A DNA stretch of 64,000 nucleotides. It comes from an uncultured Gemmatimonadales bacterium (GTDB taxonomy: Bacteria; Gemmatimonadota; Gemmatimonadetes; Gemmatimonadales; GWC2-71-9). The notes beneath the pieces were generated by a model, which was not told the DNA's origin, did no database searches, and was given only the letters and a program-made list of their open reading frames with translations. The translations under genes and the position numbers were made by a program. Position 1 is the first letter of the stretch; every line of letters starts with the position of its first letter. The stretch lies in contig CAWHFW010000005.1 of NCBI GenBank assembly GCA_963828735.1, forward strand, positions 1,472,001 to 1,536,000. Reading direction: 5' to 3'. Positions 17,105 through 25,413 of the stretch are shown one piece after another.

Positions 17105-20100
17105 GCGACATGCCGGACGTGCCGAGCCCGTCCACCACTACGCGCCGATCCTTCATCCACCGTATCGTCGCGCTTGCGCTCGCCCAGCCGGCGGTGGTGA
17201 TCGCCGGCGCCGCCGCCGCAGCGGCGGCCGGCGTGTGGGCGTTCTCACAGCTTCCGATCGACGCCTATCCAGACCTGTCGTCGCCGACGGTCGAGATCAC
17301 GACACAGTGGCCGGGCCACGCCGCCGAGGAAGTGGAGCGGCTCCTCACCGTGCCGATCGAGACCGAGATGAACGGGCTGCCGGGCCTGGACGTTGTCCGC
17401 TCGATCTCGTTGTACGGGCTGTCCGACGTCCGGCTTGTGTTCAAAGACGGCACCGACAACTACTTCGCGCGCGAGCGGGTGTTCGAGAAGCTGCGCGACG
17501 TGGACGTTCCCGACGGCGTTTCGCCCGACGTGGCCCCGCTGTTCTCCCCCTCCGGCCTGGTGTACCGCTACGTCCTGCAGAGCCCCGACCGCTCCCCCAT
17601 GGAGCTCAAGACGATCCAGGACTGGGTGCTGTCGAAGGCCTACAAGGCCGTGCCCGGCGTCGCCGACCTGTCGGGGTTCGGGGGCCAGACGATGCAGTAC
17701 CAGGTCGTCCTCGATCCGACCCGGCTCGCCGGCGCGGGCCTCTCGGTTCCTGCGGTCGCCGAAGCGCTGGGCTCGAACAACGGCAACGCGGGTGGAGGAT
17801 TCTACTCCGAGGGTGGGCAGTTCTATTACGTGCGCGGCCTGGGGCGCCTCCAGGTGCCCGAAGACATCGGCAAGGTCGTCCTCGCCGTCAAGAATGGCAC
17901 GCCGATTCTCGTGCACGACGTCGGCCAGGTCGTCATCGGGTACGCACCTCGCCTCGGACAGTTCGGGTTCAACGACCAGCCAGACGCCGTCGAAGGCGTC
18001 GTGCTGATGCGCACCGGGGAGCAGGCGCAGACCGTGCTCAAGGGCGTCGAGGCCGAGACCGCGAGGCTCAACTCGACCGTGCTGCCCAAGGACGTGCGGG
18101 TCGTGCCGTTCTACGACCGGAGCGACTTGATCCGGCTGACCACGCGGACGGTCGAGGGAAACCTGCTCCGCGGGATCGTCCTGGTGATCGCCGTCCTCAT
18201 TTTCTTCCTGTTCGACTTCCGGGCGGGACTCATCGTCGCCGTGACGATTCCGCTGGCCCTGCTGATCGCGTTCATCTGCCTCGACCTGCGCGGTGTGCCT
18301 GCCAACCTGCTCTCCATCGGCGCCATCGATTTCGGGATCCTCGTGCATGGCGCCGTCGTGATGGTCGAGAACATCTACCGAAGTCTGGCTCGGCGATACG
18401 GAACCGTGTACTCCATCCGCGAGGTCATCGCGGAGGCGTCCGCGGAGGTGGACCGGCCGGTGGTCTACGCCATCGCGATCATCGTCGCGGGATTCCTTCC
18501 GATCTATACGCTCTCCGGGCCCGCGGGCCGGCTGTTTCGGCCCATGGCGGACACGACCATCTTCGCGCTCGCCGGCGCCCTGGCGATGACGCTGACGCTC
18601 GTCCCGGTGCTCTGCGCCGTGTTCCTCCGGGGTGGCGTGCACGAGCGGCGAAACGTCGTGTACGAAGCCGTGCTTTCGGCGTACGCTCGTGCCCTGGACC
18701 GCTGTCTCGCCTATCCTCGCGCCACCGTCCTCGCCTCGGTCGGGCTGTTCGCCGCGGCACTGCTGCTGACCAGCGGCATCGGTGCCGAGTTCATGCCCCA
18801 TCTCGACGAGGGCGCGCTCTGGGTCCGGGCGACCATGCCCGCGACCATCTCGCTCGAGGAGTCGTCCAAACTCGTGCCGCAGTTCCGCCGCATCCTCAAG
18901 AGCTTTCCCGAGGTCACGGTGGTCGCGTCCGAGCACGGGCGGCCGGACGACGGCACCAATCCCACCGGATTCTTCAATGCGGAGTTCTACGTCGGCCTCA
19001 AGCCCTACGGCGATTGGCACGGCCGCTTTCACAGCAAGCCCGAGCTCATCGACGCCATGAACCAGAAGCTCTCCGTCTTTCCCGGCGTGAGCTTCAACTA
19101 CACCCAGCCCGCGGAGGATGCCGTCGACGAGGCCGAGACCGGGCTCAAGAGCGCGTTGGCGGTGAAGGTATTCGGTCCGGACCTCCAGGTGCTGGAGGCC
19201 AAGGGGCGGGCGATCGAACGGGTGCTGCACCGGGTGCCCGGCATGAGCCGGATTACCGTGGTGGAAGAGCTGGGTCAGCCCAGTCTCACACTCACCATCG
19301 ATCGCGACCGGATCGCGCGCTATGGCATCAACGTGGCCGACGTGAACGCCCTGATCGAGGCGGCAGTCGGCGGCGTCGCCGCGACCTCGGTGGTGCAGGG
19401 CGAGAAGTCGTTCGACCTGGTGGTCCGGCTGGAGCCCCGGTTCCGGGAGACGCCGGAGCAGATCGGCGAGATCCTCGTCGCGGCCCCGGACGGGCAACAG
19501 ATTCCGCTCCGGGAGCTCGCGACCATCGGTGTAAACAGCGGCGCGTCGTTCATCTACCGCGAGGACAACTCGCGGTATATCGGCGTGCAGTTCGCCGTGG
19601 AGGGACGGGATCTCGCGGGCACCGTGCAGGAAGCGCAGCGCGAGGTCCGGGCGGCTGTGCCCCTGCCGCCGGGGTATCAGGTAGTCTGGGGTGGGGAGTA
19701 CGAGGAGTACACCGCGTCGCGGACCCAGCTCGCGGTGGTGCTGCCGCTCACGGTCGCGCTCATCTTCGTGCTGCTGTTCGCCCTCTACCGGAACTTCAGC
19801 TTTCCACTGATCACGGTGATCGGGGTGGTGCTTTCCGCTCCCGTCGGCGGATTCCTCGCCCTCGCCCTCACCGGGACTCCGTTCTCGGTGTCGTCCGGCA
19901 TCGGCTTCCTGGCGCTGTTCGGAGTGTCGGTGCAAACCGCGGTGGTGTACATCTCCCACGCCAACGAGCTTCGCCAAGGCGGTGTGGCCATCGCCACGGC
20001 CGTGCATGAAGCCGCGCTGAACCGGTTGCGGCCCATCATGATGACGGCGCTGGTCGCCGCTTTGGGACTGCTCCCGGCGGCCGTGTCCACCGGCGTCGGG

Positions 20101-20229
20101 TCCGACTCGCAGCGCCCGTTCGCGATGGTCATCGTAGGCGGGCTGTTCTCACGACTCCTCATCAGCGTGTTCCTGATGCCCGTGCTCTATGCGTACGTCG
20201 CCAGGGAGAATGACCGGCTGGAGGTGTGA
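17101..20229 (+). CDS. Heavy-metal efflux RND permease (CzcA/CusA family)
   Basis: LPIDAYPDL, NLLSIGAIDFG, F.PMA.T, P.LDEG, RLRPIMMTA and QRPFA.VIVGGL; 1042 aa. Confidence 0.95.
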   Translation: MSDMPDVPSPSTTTRRSFIHRIVALALAQPAVVIAGAAAAAAAGVWAFSQLPIDAYPDLSSPTVEITTQWPGHAAEEVERLLTVPIETEMNGLPGLDVVRSISLYGLSDVRLVFKDGTDNYFARERVFEKLRDVDVPDGVSPDVAPLFSPSGLVYRYVLQSPDRSPMELKTIQDWVLSKAYKAVPGVADLSGFGGQTMQYQVVLDPTRLAGAGLSVPAVAEALGSNNGNAGGGFYSEGGQFYYVRGLGRLQVPEDIGKVVLAVKNGTPILVHDVGQVVIGYAPRLGQFGFNDQPDAVEGVVLMRTGEQAQTVLKGVEAETARLNSTVLPKDVRVVPFYDRSDLIRLTTRTVEGNLLRGIVLVIAVLIFFLFDFRAGLIVAVTIPLALLIAFICLDLRGVPANLLSIGAIDFGILVHGAVVMVENIYRSLARRYGTVYSIREVIAEASAEVDRPVVYAIAIIVAGFLPIYTLSGPAGRLFRPMADTTIFALAGALAMTLTLVPVLCAVFLRGGVHERRNVVYEAVLSAYARALDRCLAYPRATVLASVGLFAAALLLTSGIGAEFMPHLDEGALWVRATMPATISLEESSKLVPQFRRILKSFPEVTVVASEHGRPDDGTNPTGFFNAEFYVGLKPYGDWHGRFHSKPELIDAMNQKLSVFPGVSFNYTQPAEDAVDEAETGLKSALAVKVFGPDLQVLEAKGRAIERVLHRVPGMSRITVVEELGQPSLTLTIDRDRIARYGINVADVNALIEAAVGGVAATSVVQGEKSFDLVVRLEPRFRETPEQIGEILVAAPDGQQIPLRELATIGVNSGASFIYREDNSRYIGVQFAVEGRDLAGTVQEAQREVRAAVPLPPGYQVVWGGEYEEYTASRTQLAVVLPLTVALIFVLLFALYRNFSFPLITVIGVVLSAPVGGFLALALTGTPFSVSSGIGFLALFGVSVQTAVVYISHANELRQGGVAIATAVHEAALNRLRPIMMTALVAALGLLPAAVSTGVGSDSQRPFAMVIVGGLFSRLLISVFLMPVLYAYVARENDRLEV

Positions 20230-20296
20230 GCCCTGTGCTCTTCGCCTGGAATTACCTAGACCGTCACTACGCGCGCGTGGCTGGAGCCGTTTGACC

Positions 20297-20626
20297 GTGC
20301 TCGCCCGGGTCCGCGCCTGGCTCCTTCTCGCGCTCTTCCTGGGCGCGGGCACCAGCCTGCCGAGCGCGGACGCGCTGCTGCACCACCAGCATCCCGAGCC
20401 GTTCCGGGTGCACTACGACCCGGCCGGCGGGTGCGCCGAGCACGCGGATCACTGCACGCTGGGCCGCACGCCGCCGGGCTCGAGGGCGGTGGCGCCGGTC
20501 ATGCTCGTGGTCCGTGTCGGACCGAACAAGCCGTCGCATGCCATCCGCACCCCGTCCGCGCAACTGTTCGATGCGCGGACCTCCTTCCTCCCTCCGTCCC
20601 GAGCTCCTCCGGCGCCGCCGATCTGA
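20297..20626 (+). CDS. RAPP-motif leader peptide 2 (DUF2946-like upstream ORF)
   Basis: GGAG RBS (alternative TTG start at 20291); hydrophobic N-terminus RVRAWLLLALFLGAG; HHQH, CAEHADHC and C-terminal PPSRAPPAPPI; lies upstream of a TonB-dependent receptor. Confidence 0.75.
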   Translation: MLARVRAWLLLALFLGAGTSLPSADALLHHQHPEPFRVHYDPAGGCAEHADHCTLGRTPPGSRAVAPVMLVVRVGPNKPSHAIRTPSAQLFDARTSFLPPSRAPPAPPI

Positions 20627-20704
20627 CGGGACCTCCCGTCCGAACATCGCGGCTCCCCGGGCGCACCCATGCGCCGGGGTCATGCTCCCTGAACCGGAGG
20701 CTCG
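20600..20704 (+). promoter_or_regulatory. Anti-SD/SD sequestering structure in front of the TonB-dependent receptor
   Basis: CGAG(CT)CCTCCGG (20600-20612, the RAPP codons) pairs with CCGGAGGCTCG (20694-20704, containing the SD); internal hairpins at 20625-20640 and 20655-20679. Confidence 0.65.
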
Positions 20705-20705
20705 A

Positions 20706-22979
20706 ATGGTTACGCTGCTTCTGGCGGCGGCGCTTGCCGTCGCCGCGGGTCCGTCGCGGGCGGCGGCGCCCGCGCCTGCCGCCGTGCTCACCGGCACCGT
20801 CACCGACAGCGCCGGCGCCCCACTGGCCGACGTCCGAGTGCACGTGCCCGAGCTTGGGCGCGGAACGACCACCGACGCCGAGGGCAGGTTCACGCTGCCC
20901 CAAGTGCCGTCGGGCACCTACGAGGTTGCCTTCTCCCGCATCGGCTATGCTCCGCTCGTCCACCGAGTCACCGTCGGCGTTCAGCCCGTGATCCTCGCGG
21001 TGTCGATGCACTCCTCGGCCGTCGAGCTGCCGGAGGTGCAGGTGACGGCCACCCCGAATGCCACCACCGCGCTCACATCTCCCCAGCCGATCAGCATCCT
21101 CGATCATGACAACCTGCGGGTCGCGCAGGCGCCGTCGCTCGGCGAGACGATCAGCGGACTCGCCGGCGTCCACAGCATCAACCAAGGCCCGGCGATCGGG
21201 AAACCGGTCATCCGGGGCCTCAGCTCGAGCCGCGTCCTCGTGCTCGACAACGGCCAGCGCATCGAGACGCAGGGCTGGGGTGACGAGCACTCGCCCAACA
21301 TCGAGACGGCCGACGCCGAGCGGATCGAGGTCATCCGGGGGCCGGCGAGCGTGCTGTACGGCTCAGACGCGCTCGGTGGCGTGGTCAACGTGGTGAAACG
21401 CGACCTGCCGGACGCGATCGGGCGAGACCCGCTCTTCCGCGGCGCGCTTTCGGTCGCGTACAGCACGAACAACCAGCAACCCGAGGGGACCGCGCAGGTC
21501 GATGGGGCCACGGGCGGGCTCGGCTTCCGGGCGTCGGTCACCGGCAGGATGAGCGACGATTTCACCACCCCGGTAGGCGACGTGTTCAACACCGGCAACA
21601 GCGCGGTGGCCGGGAACGGCTCGGTGGGCTACCGCGGGAGCTGGGGGTCGGTGCGTGGTGACTTCGTGTACCGCGACGAGAAGCCGGAGCTTCACGACGA
21701 CGCAACAGCGACGCCATTCCAGCGCATCGGCGACACTCGCGCCGGAATCAGCGCCAACCTCCCGATCGGCCAGTCTCGCCTCGAGGTGATCACGGGGTTC
21801 GAGCGAAACCGCCGGCGGGAGTTCGAGGAGGCCGGCTCCGAGGAGGTGGCGTCTGGCCTGCTCGCCAGCAGCTTCAAGGCCGACGCCCGGTTCCATCACG
21901 AGCCCCTCGGCCGGCTCACCGGCCTCGTGGGCCTGCAGGCCTTCTTCGACGACTTCACCGTGTCCGGGGTGGACCAGCACCTGATCCCGAGCAATCAGGC
22001 ACGGAACGTCGGAGTTTACGCCTTCGAGCAGCTCGACATCGACCGCTGGACGCTCTCGTTCGGAGCTCGCTACGACTACCGCCGGCTGGACGTTACCGCG
22101 GACCCGCCACCGCCGATCGGCACGGGAACGCCCGCGCAGGCCCGCACGTACAGCTCAGTGGTCGGCAATTTCGGCGCGCTATTTCACGTGAGCGAGCCCG
22201 TCGCGCTGGTGGTCAACGTCGGACGCGGCTTTCGGGCACCGCAGCCGATCGAGCTGTTCGCCAACGGTGTGCACGAAGGGACGATCCAGTACAGCGTCGG
22301 GAACCCGGAGCTCGAGAACGAGACGTCGATCAACACCGACTTCGCTGTCCGGGTCCAGAGCGAGAGGGTGAGCGCCGAGCTCGGTGCGTTCGGTAACTTC
22401 ATCAACAACTACATCTACTTCCGGCCGACCGGGACGTATGACTCACCCTCGGGCGGGTTGGAAGATCCGTGCTCGAATCCCGACACGTTCTCCTGCTTCC
22501 AGAAGTTCCAGGCGGTTCAGGGCGACGCCCGCCTCGCCGGCTTCGAGTTCTCGGCCGAGTACCACCCGACGCCGTACCTGCACCTAAGCGGTACGGCGGA
22601 CTACACCCGCGGCCAGAACCGCTCCGTCGACCAGCCGCTCCCGCTGGTGCCGCCGTTCCGCGCGACCTACGGCGCGCGGTTCGAGGGCAAGGGCAACCGC
22701 ACCTTCCTGAATCCCTATGTGTCGGTGAGTGGCGAGACCAACGCGCAGCAGACGAAGCTCGATCCCGACGACTTCGCGCCTCCCGGATACACGCTGGCCA
22801 ACGCTGGCGCGGGAGTCGGACTGACCGCGGGCGCTCGGGTAGTCAATATCGACGTGACTCTCCGGAATGTATTCGACAAGGAGTACCAGACCTTCCTGAG
22901 CCGCTACAAGTTCGCGACGGATCCCATCGTCCTGGATCCGGGCCGTAACCTGACGATGCGCATCAGCACGGATTTCTGA
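20706..22979 (+). CDS. TonB-dependent receptor with N-terminal carboxypeptidase-regulatory-like domain (probable metal uptake)
   Basis: GGAGG RBS; signal peptide; plug motifs KPVIRG and ERIEVIRGPASVLYGSDALGGVVN; QGWGDEH and NGVHEG; ends in PGRN...F. Confidence 0.93.
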   Translation: MVTLLLAAALAVAAGPSRAAAPAPAAVLTGTVTDSAGAPLADVRVHVPELGRGTTTDAEGRFTLPQVPSGTYEVAFSRIGYAPLVHRVTVGVQPVILAVSMHSSAVELPEVQVTATPNATTALTSPQPISILDHDNLRVAQAPSLGETISGLAGVHSINQGPAIGKPVIRGLSSSRVLVLDNGQRIETQGWGDEHSPNIETADAERIEVIRGPASVLYGSDALGGVVNVVKRDLPDAIGRDPLFRGALSVAYSTNNQQPEGTAQVDGATGGLGFRASVTGRMSDDFTTPVGDVFNTGNSAVAGNGSVGYRGSWGSVRGDFVYRDEKPELHDDATATPFQRIGDTRAGISANLPIGQSRLEVITGFERNRRREFEEAGSEEVASGLLASSFKADARFHHEPLGRLTGLVGLQAFFDDFTVSGVDQHLIPSNQARNVGVYAFEQLDIDRWTLSFGARYDYRRLDVTADPPPPIGTGTPAQARTYSSVVGNFGALFHVSEPVALVVNVGRGFRAPQPIELFANGVHEGTIQYSVGNPELENETSINTDFAVRVQSERVSAELGAFGNFINNYIYFRPTGTYDSPSGGLEDPCSNPDTFSCFQKFQAVQGDARLAGFEFSAEYHPTPYLHLSGTADYTRGQNRSVDQPLPLVPPFRATYGARFEGKGNRTFLNPYVSVSGETNAQQTKLDPDDFAPPGYTLANAGAGVGLTAGARVVNIDVTLRNVFDKEYQTFLSRYKFATDPIVLDPGRNLTMRISTDF

Positions 22980-23045
22980 CGTGCCTTGCTTCATCGCGCG
23001 ACGTGGCCGAGCCGCACGACTTGAGGGCCGCTGTCCGCCTTGCCG

Positions 23046-24572
23046 TCAGCGGACCTTCTTCCAGCCGGGCAGGTAGGGCGGCACCAGCAGCGCAGTCCGC
23101 CGCAGCAGCTCGAGGTGGGACGCGACGATGTCCGCGAGCTGCTGCGCCGCGCAGAGATGTGCCTCGCGGAGGATGGCCGGAGGCTTCGCGGTGAGAACCA
23201 GCGCACCGTGGATGCGCCCGGCCACTCGAAGCGGCACGAGGAGGCGCGCTTCGTCCTCCACGAGCTGGAACGAGTTGGGCAGCTCGCCCAGAAGCACACG
23301 GGCCAGCGTCGTTCCCCCGACCGGAATCAGGGGCAGATCCGGCAGAGGCCGGCGCTCGCCGGGCTCCAGGAGCACCACGCGATCGCCCTCGCTCAGCCGG
23401 ATCGCGAAACGCATGTCGTCGAACGGCAGGATGCGCGCCGCCAGGTCCGCCACCCGGCGCGTCGTGTCGGCGAATTCGGTTCCGGTCGCGAGCATCTGCG
23501 CGGCGTCGAGGAGGCTCGGACCCGGAGGCGAAGACGCGACCGGCGGCTGAGCCGGTGACGCGGCCCCGACCAGCATCGTCACTTGCGCCGCGATCAGCCC
23601 ACCGACGCGTCGAAGCAACTCGGCGTCGACCTCACTGTACAGATCCGCGCCGATGCCGCCGGCGAGGAGATAGGCAACCAGCCCGCCCAGCCCGCAAACC
23701 CGCGTGCCCACCACGGCGCGGAGCTCCGCGCCGACCGGCTCCTCCACGGTGAAGTAGCCTCGAGGCCAGTGGGGATCCTGGTAGCTGTCCGCGATGACCA
23801 CCGTCTCGCGATCACCGAACAGCGCGGCGAGATCGAGGTGTTCGCGTCCGATGACGAGGGATGGGTCGGACCAGAGTGCCCCCGCCGAGTGCTCGCCCAG
23901 CCGGTAGGCGCGCGTCCCATTCGCGTCCGCCAGCAGAAGCTCGAGGTGATCGTGCGGCAGCACCTGGTCCAGCGCCCGCCCGAGCTCCGTGAGATAGAGC
24001 TGCGGCGAGCCGGCGTGCGCGCCGGCGTAGGCCACCGCGTCCACGAGCGCCGCGATGCGCGTCGCCTCAGGCGCGTGATCGGGCGAGGCACTCCACTGTC
24101 TCGCCATCCGCCCGAGCATCGGCGCGAGCCGCTGCGCGGCGACGTCGAGCAGGAGTCGCTCCTCCTCGCCGTACTGCTCAGGCCGCAGGTCCGCCGCGAG
24201 AACGAGCCCGACGTCGCGCCGGCCGGACCGAACCGGCGCGCACGCCACCGAGCCGTAGCCGGCCTCCCGCACGACGTCTTCCAGCAGCCCGACCTGCGAG
24301 CGCTCGAGCTGCGGGGTCGGCAGCGGAACCGAGAGGTCGTCCTGAGCCAGCGCCTCCGGGCCGAGCAGCACCGCGCCGCCGTGCAGCGGATAGAGCCAGA
24401 CTCCGAGCAGATCGTGCGGGAGGTCGGGGGCGAGCGCGTTTGAGAGCGCAGAGTGCCAGGTGGCGAGCGCGTCGGGATCGGCCAAGCCCTGCTCGGCCCG
24501 CAGCAGGGGCACGAGCGGTTCGCCCCTGGGTGCGGGGTCTGGATGGCGAGGACTTGGTGGATCCGGGGACAT
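23046..24572 (-). CDS. Hypothetical protein with tandem GAF-like domains
   Basis: Three internal segments beginning LPHDLLG, LPHDHLE and LPFDDMR; LLVPLRVAGRIHGALVL is GAF-like; no output domain recognised. Confidence 0.6.
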   Translation of the reverse strand: MSPDPPSPRHPDPAPRGEPLVPLLRAEQGLADPDALATWHSALSNALAPDLPHDLLGVWLYPLHGGAVLLGPEALAQDDLSVPLPTPQLERSQVGLLEDVVREAGYGSVACAPVRSGRRDVGLVLAADLRPEQYGEEERLLLDVAAQRLAPMLGRMARQWSASPDHAPEATRIAALVDAVAYAGAHAGSPQLYLTELGRALDQVLPHDHLELLLADANGTRAYRLGEHSAGALWSDPSLVIGREHLDLAALFGDRETVVIADSYQDPHWPRGYFTVEEPVGAELRAVVGTRVCGLGGLVAYLLAGGIGADLYSEVDAELLRRVGGLIAAQVTMLVGAASPAQPPVASSPPGPSLLDAAQMLATGTEFADTTRRVADLAARILPFDDMRFAIRLSEGDRVVLLEPGERRPLPDLPLIPVGGTTLARVLLGELPNSFQLVEDEARLLVPLRVAGRIHGALVLTAKPPAILREAHLCAAQQLADIVASHLELLRRTALLVPPYLPGWKKVR

Positions 24573-24585
24573 ACACTCCCCGGGG

Positions 24586-24600
24586 GCAGGAGGTATGCCG
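24586..24600 (-). promoter_or_regulatory. Candidate sigma54 promoter for the GAF-like gene
   Basis: Minus-strand CGGCATACCTCCTGC (GG-N10-GC), with a copy of the 25-bp motif 15 bp upstream (24616-24640). Confidence 0.5.
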
Positions 24601-24757
24601 TCGGTAGCAGGTTGCGATGTCCATGGGCGGCAACAACTTGTGGCTTCTCGGCTGACGGTGTGGCACGCGTGAGCGCCTCGTTCGTGGCGTCCTGCCCGCC
24701 TCCGTTGCAGGCTGCTTCCGGGACGTCTGGAGGCGGAACCCTAGATAGGACGCCACG

Positions 24758-24787
24758 TTGACATACCCCTACCCCCTATATTAAGCT
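24758..24787 (+). promoter_or_regulatory. cop operon sigma70 promoter with overlapping CsoR-type operator
   Basis: TTGACA-N18-TAAGCT; the C-tract element ATACCCCTACCCCCTAT overlaps the spacer and resembles CsoR operators; csoR is in the same operon. Confidence 0.7.
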
Positions 24788-24821
24788 CCCTTGCATCCCC
24801 TCTCGCCCCCGGAGCACGCGG

Positions 24822-25031
24822 ATGCGACATCTCACCCTCCATATCGAAGGCATGAGCTGCGGCCATTGCCTCAACGCGGTCAATCGAGCGCTCGCAGGGC
24901 TGCCTGGCATCGAGATCGAATCGGTCACCATCGGGCGGGCAAACTTGCGCTACGACGAGCGCACCATGGACTCCGAGCGCATCGAAGCCGCGGTCACCGA
25001 AGCGGGATATCGGGCCACGGGCGTGTCATGA
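24822..25031 (+). CDS. copZ: Copper chaperone (HMA domain)
   Basis: 69 aa; IEGMSCGHC and I..AVTEAGY. Confidence 0.9.
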   Translation: MRHLTLHIEGMSCGHCLNAVNRALAGLPGIEIESVTIGRANLRYDERTMDSERIEAAVTEAGYRATGVS

Positions 25032-25411
25032 CCACCGCGCAGCTCGCCGTCACGTTGTTGGGCCTCGCGGCCATCGCGTGGGTCAACTGGTACTTCTTCA
25101 TCGCCGGTCGTCGCGCGGTGACGGCAGACGTCGAGCGCGGCGGAGCCCAGCGCGTGCGCATCGAGGTGAAGGGCGGCTACACCCCCGCGGTAATTCGCGT
25201 CCGTGCCGGCTCTCCCGTCCGCCTCGATTTCCACCGCGACGAGACCAATCCCTGTACCGAGGAGGTCGTCCTTCCGGCCTTCGGAATTCGCACGTTTCTC
25301 CCGGCCCATCGAACCACGTCGGTGAGCTTCACGCCCGGCGAGGGGAAGTTCGAGTTCGCGTGCGGCATGGGCATGGTGCGAGGGACTATCGTCGCGGAGA
25401 AGGTCGAGTAG
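25028..25411 (+). CDS. Membrane-anchored cupredoxin-domain protein (CupA-like)
   Basis: ATGA overlap; one N-terminal TM helix ending WYFF; GGYTP..I, CTEEV and FACGMGM. Confidence 0.85.
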   Translation: MTTAQLAVTLLGLAAIAWVNWYFFIAGRRAVTADVERGGAQRVRIEVKGGYTPAVIRVRAGSPVRLDFHRDETNPCTEEVVLPAFGIRTFLPAHRTTSVSFTPGEGKFEFACGMGMVRGTIVAEKVE

Positions 25412-25413
25412 AC

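Noticed and set aside
17235..20009. Very long alternative-frame and antisense ORFs (e.g. 17235-20009 +, 17245-20007 -, 10550-12877 +, 1453-3798 -)
   Set aside because: They shadow well-supported genes and give Arg/Pro/Gly-rich or motif-free translations, as expected from stop-codon scarcity in high-GC DNA.
24661..24676. TGGCACG upstream of copZ as a sigma54 site
   Set aside because: The GC is not at the required GG-N10-GC spacing, and a good sigma70 promoter explains the operon.
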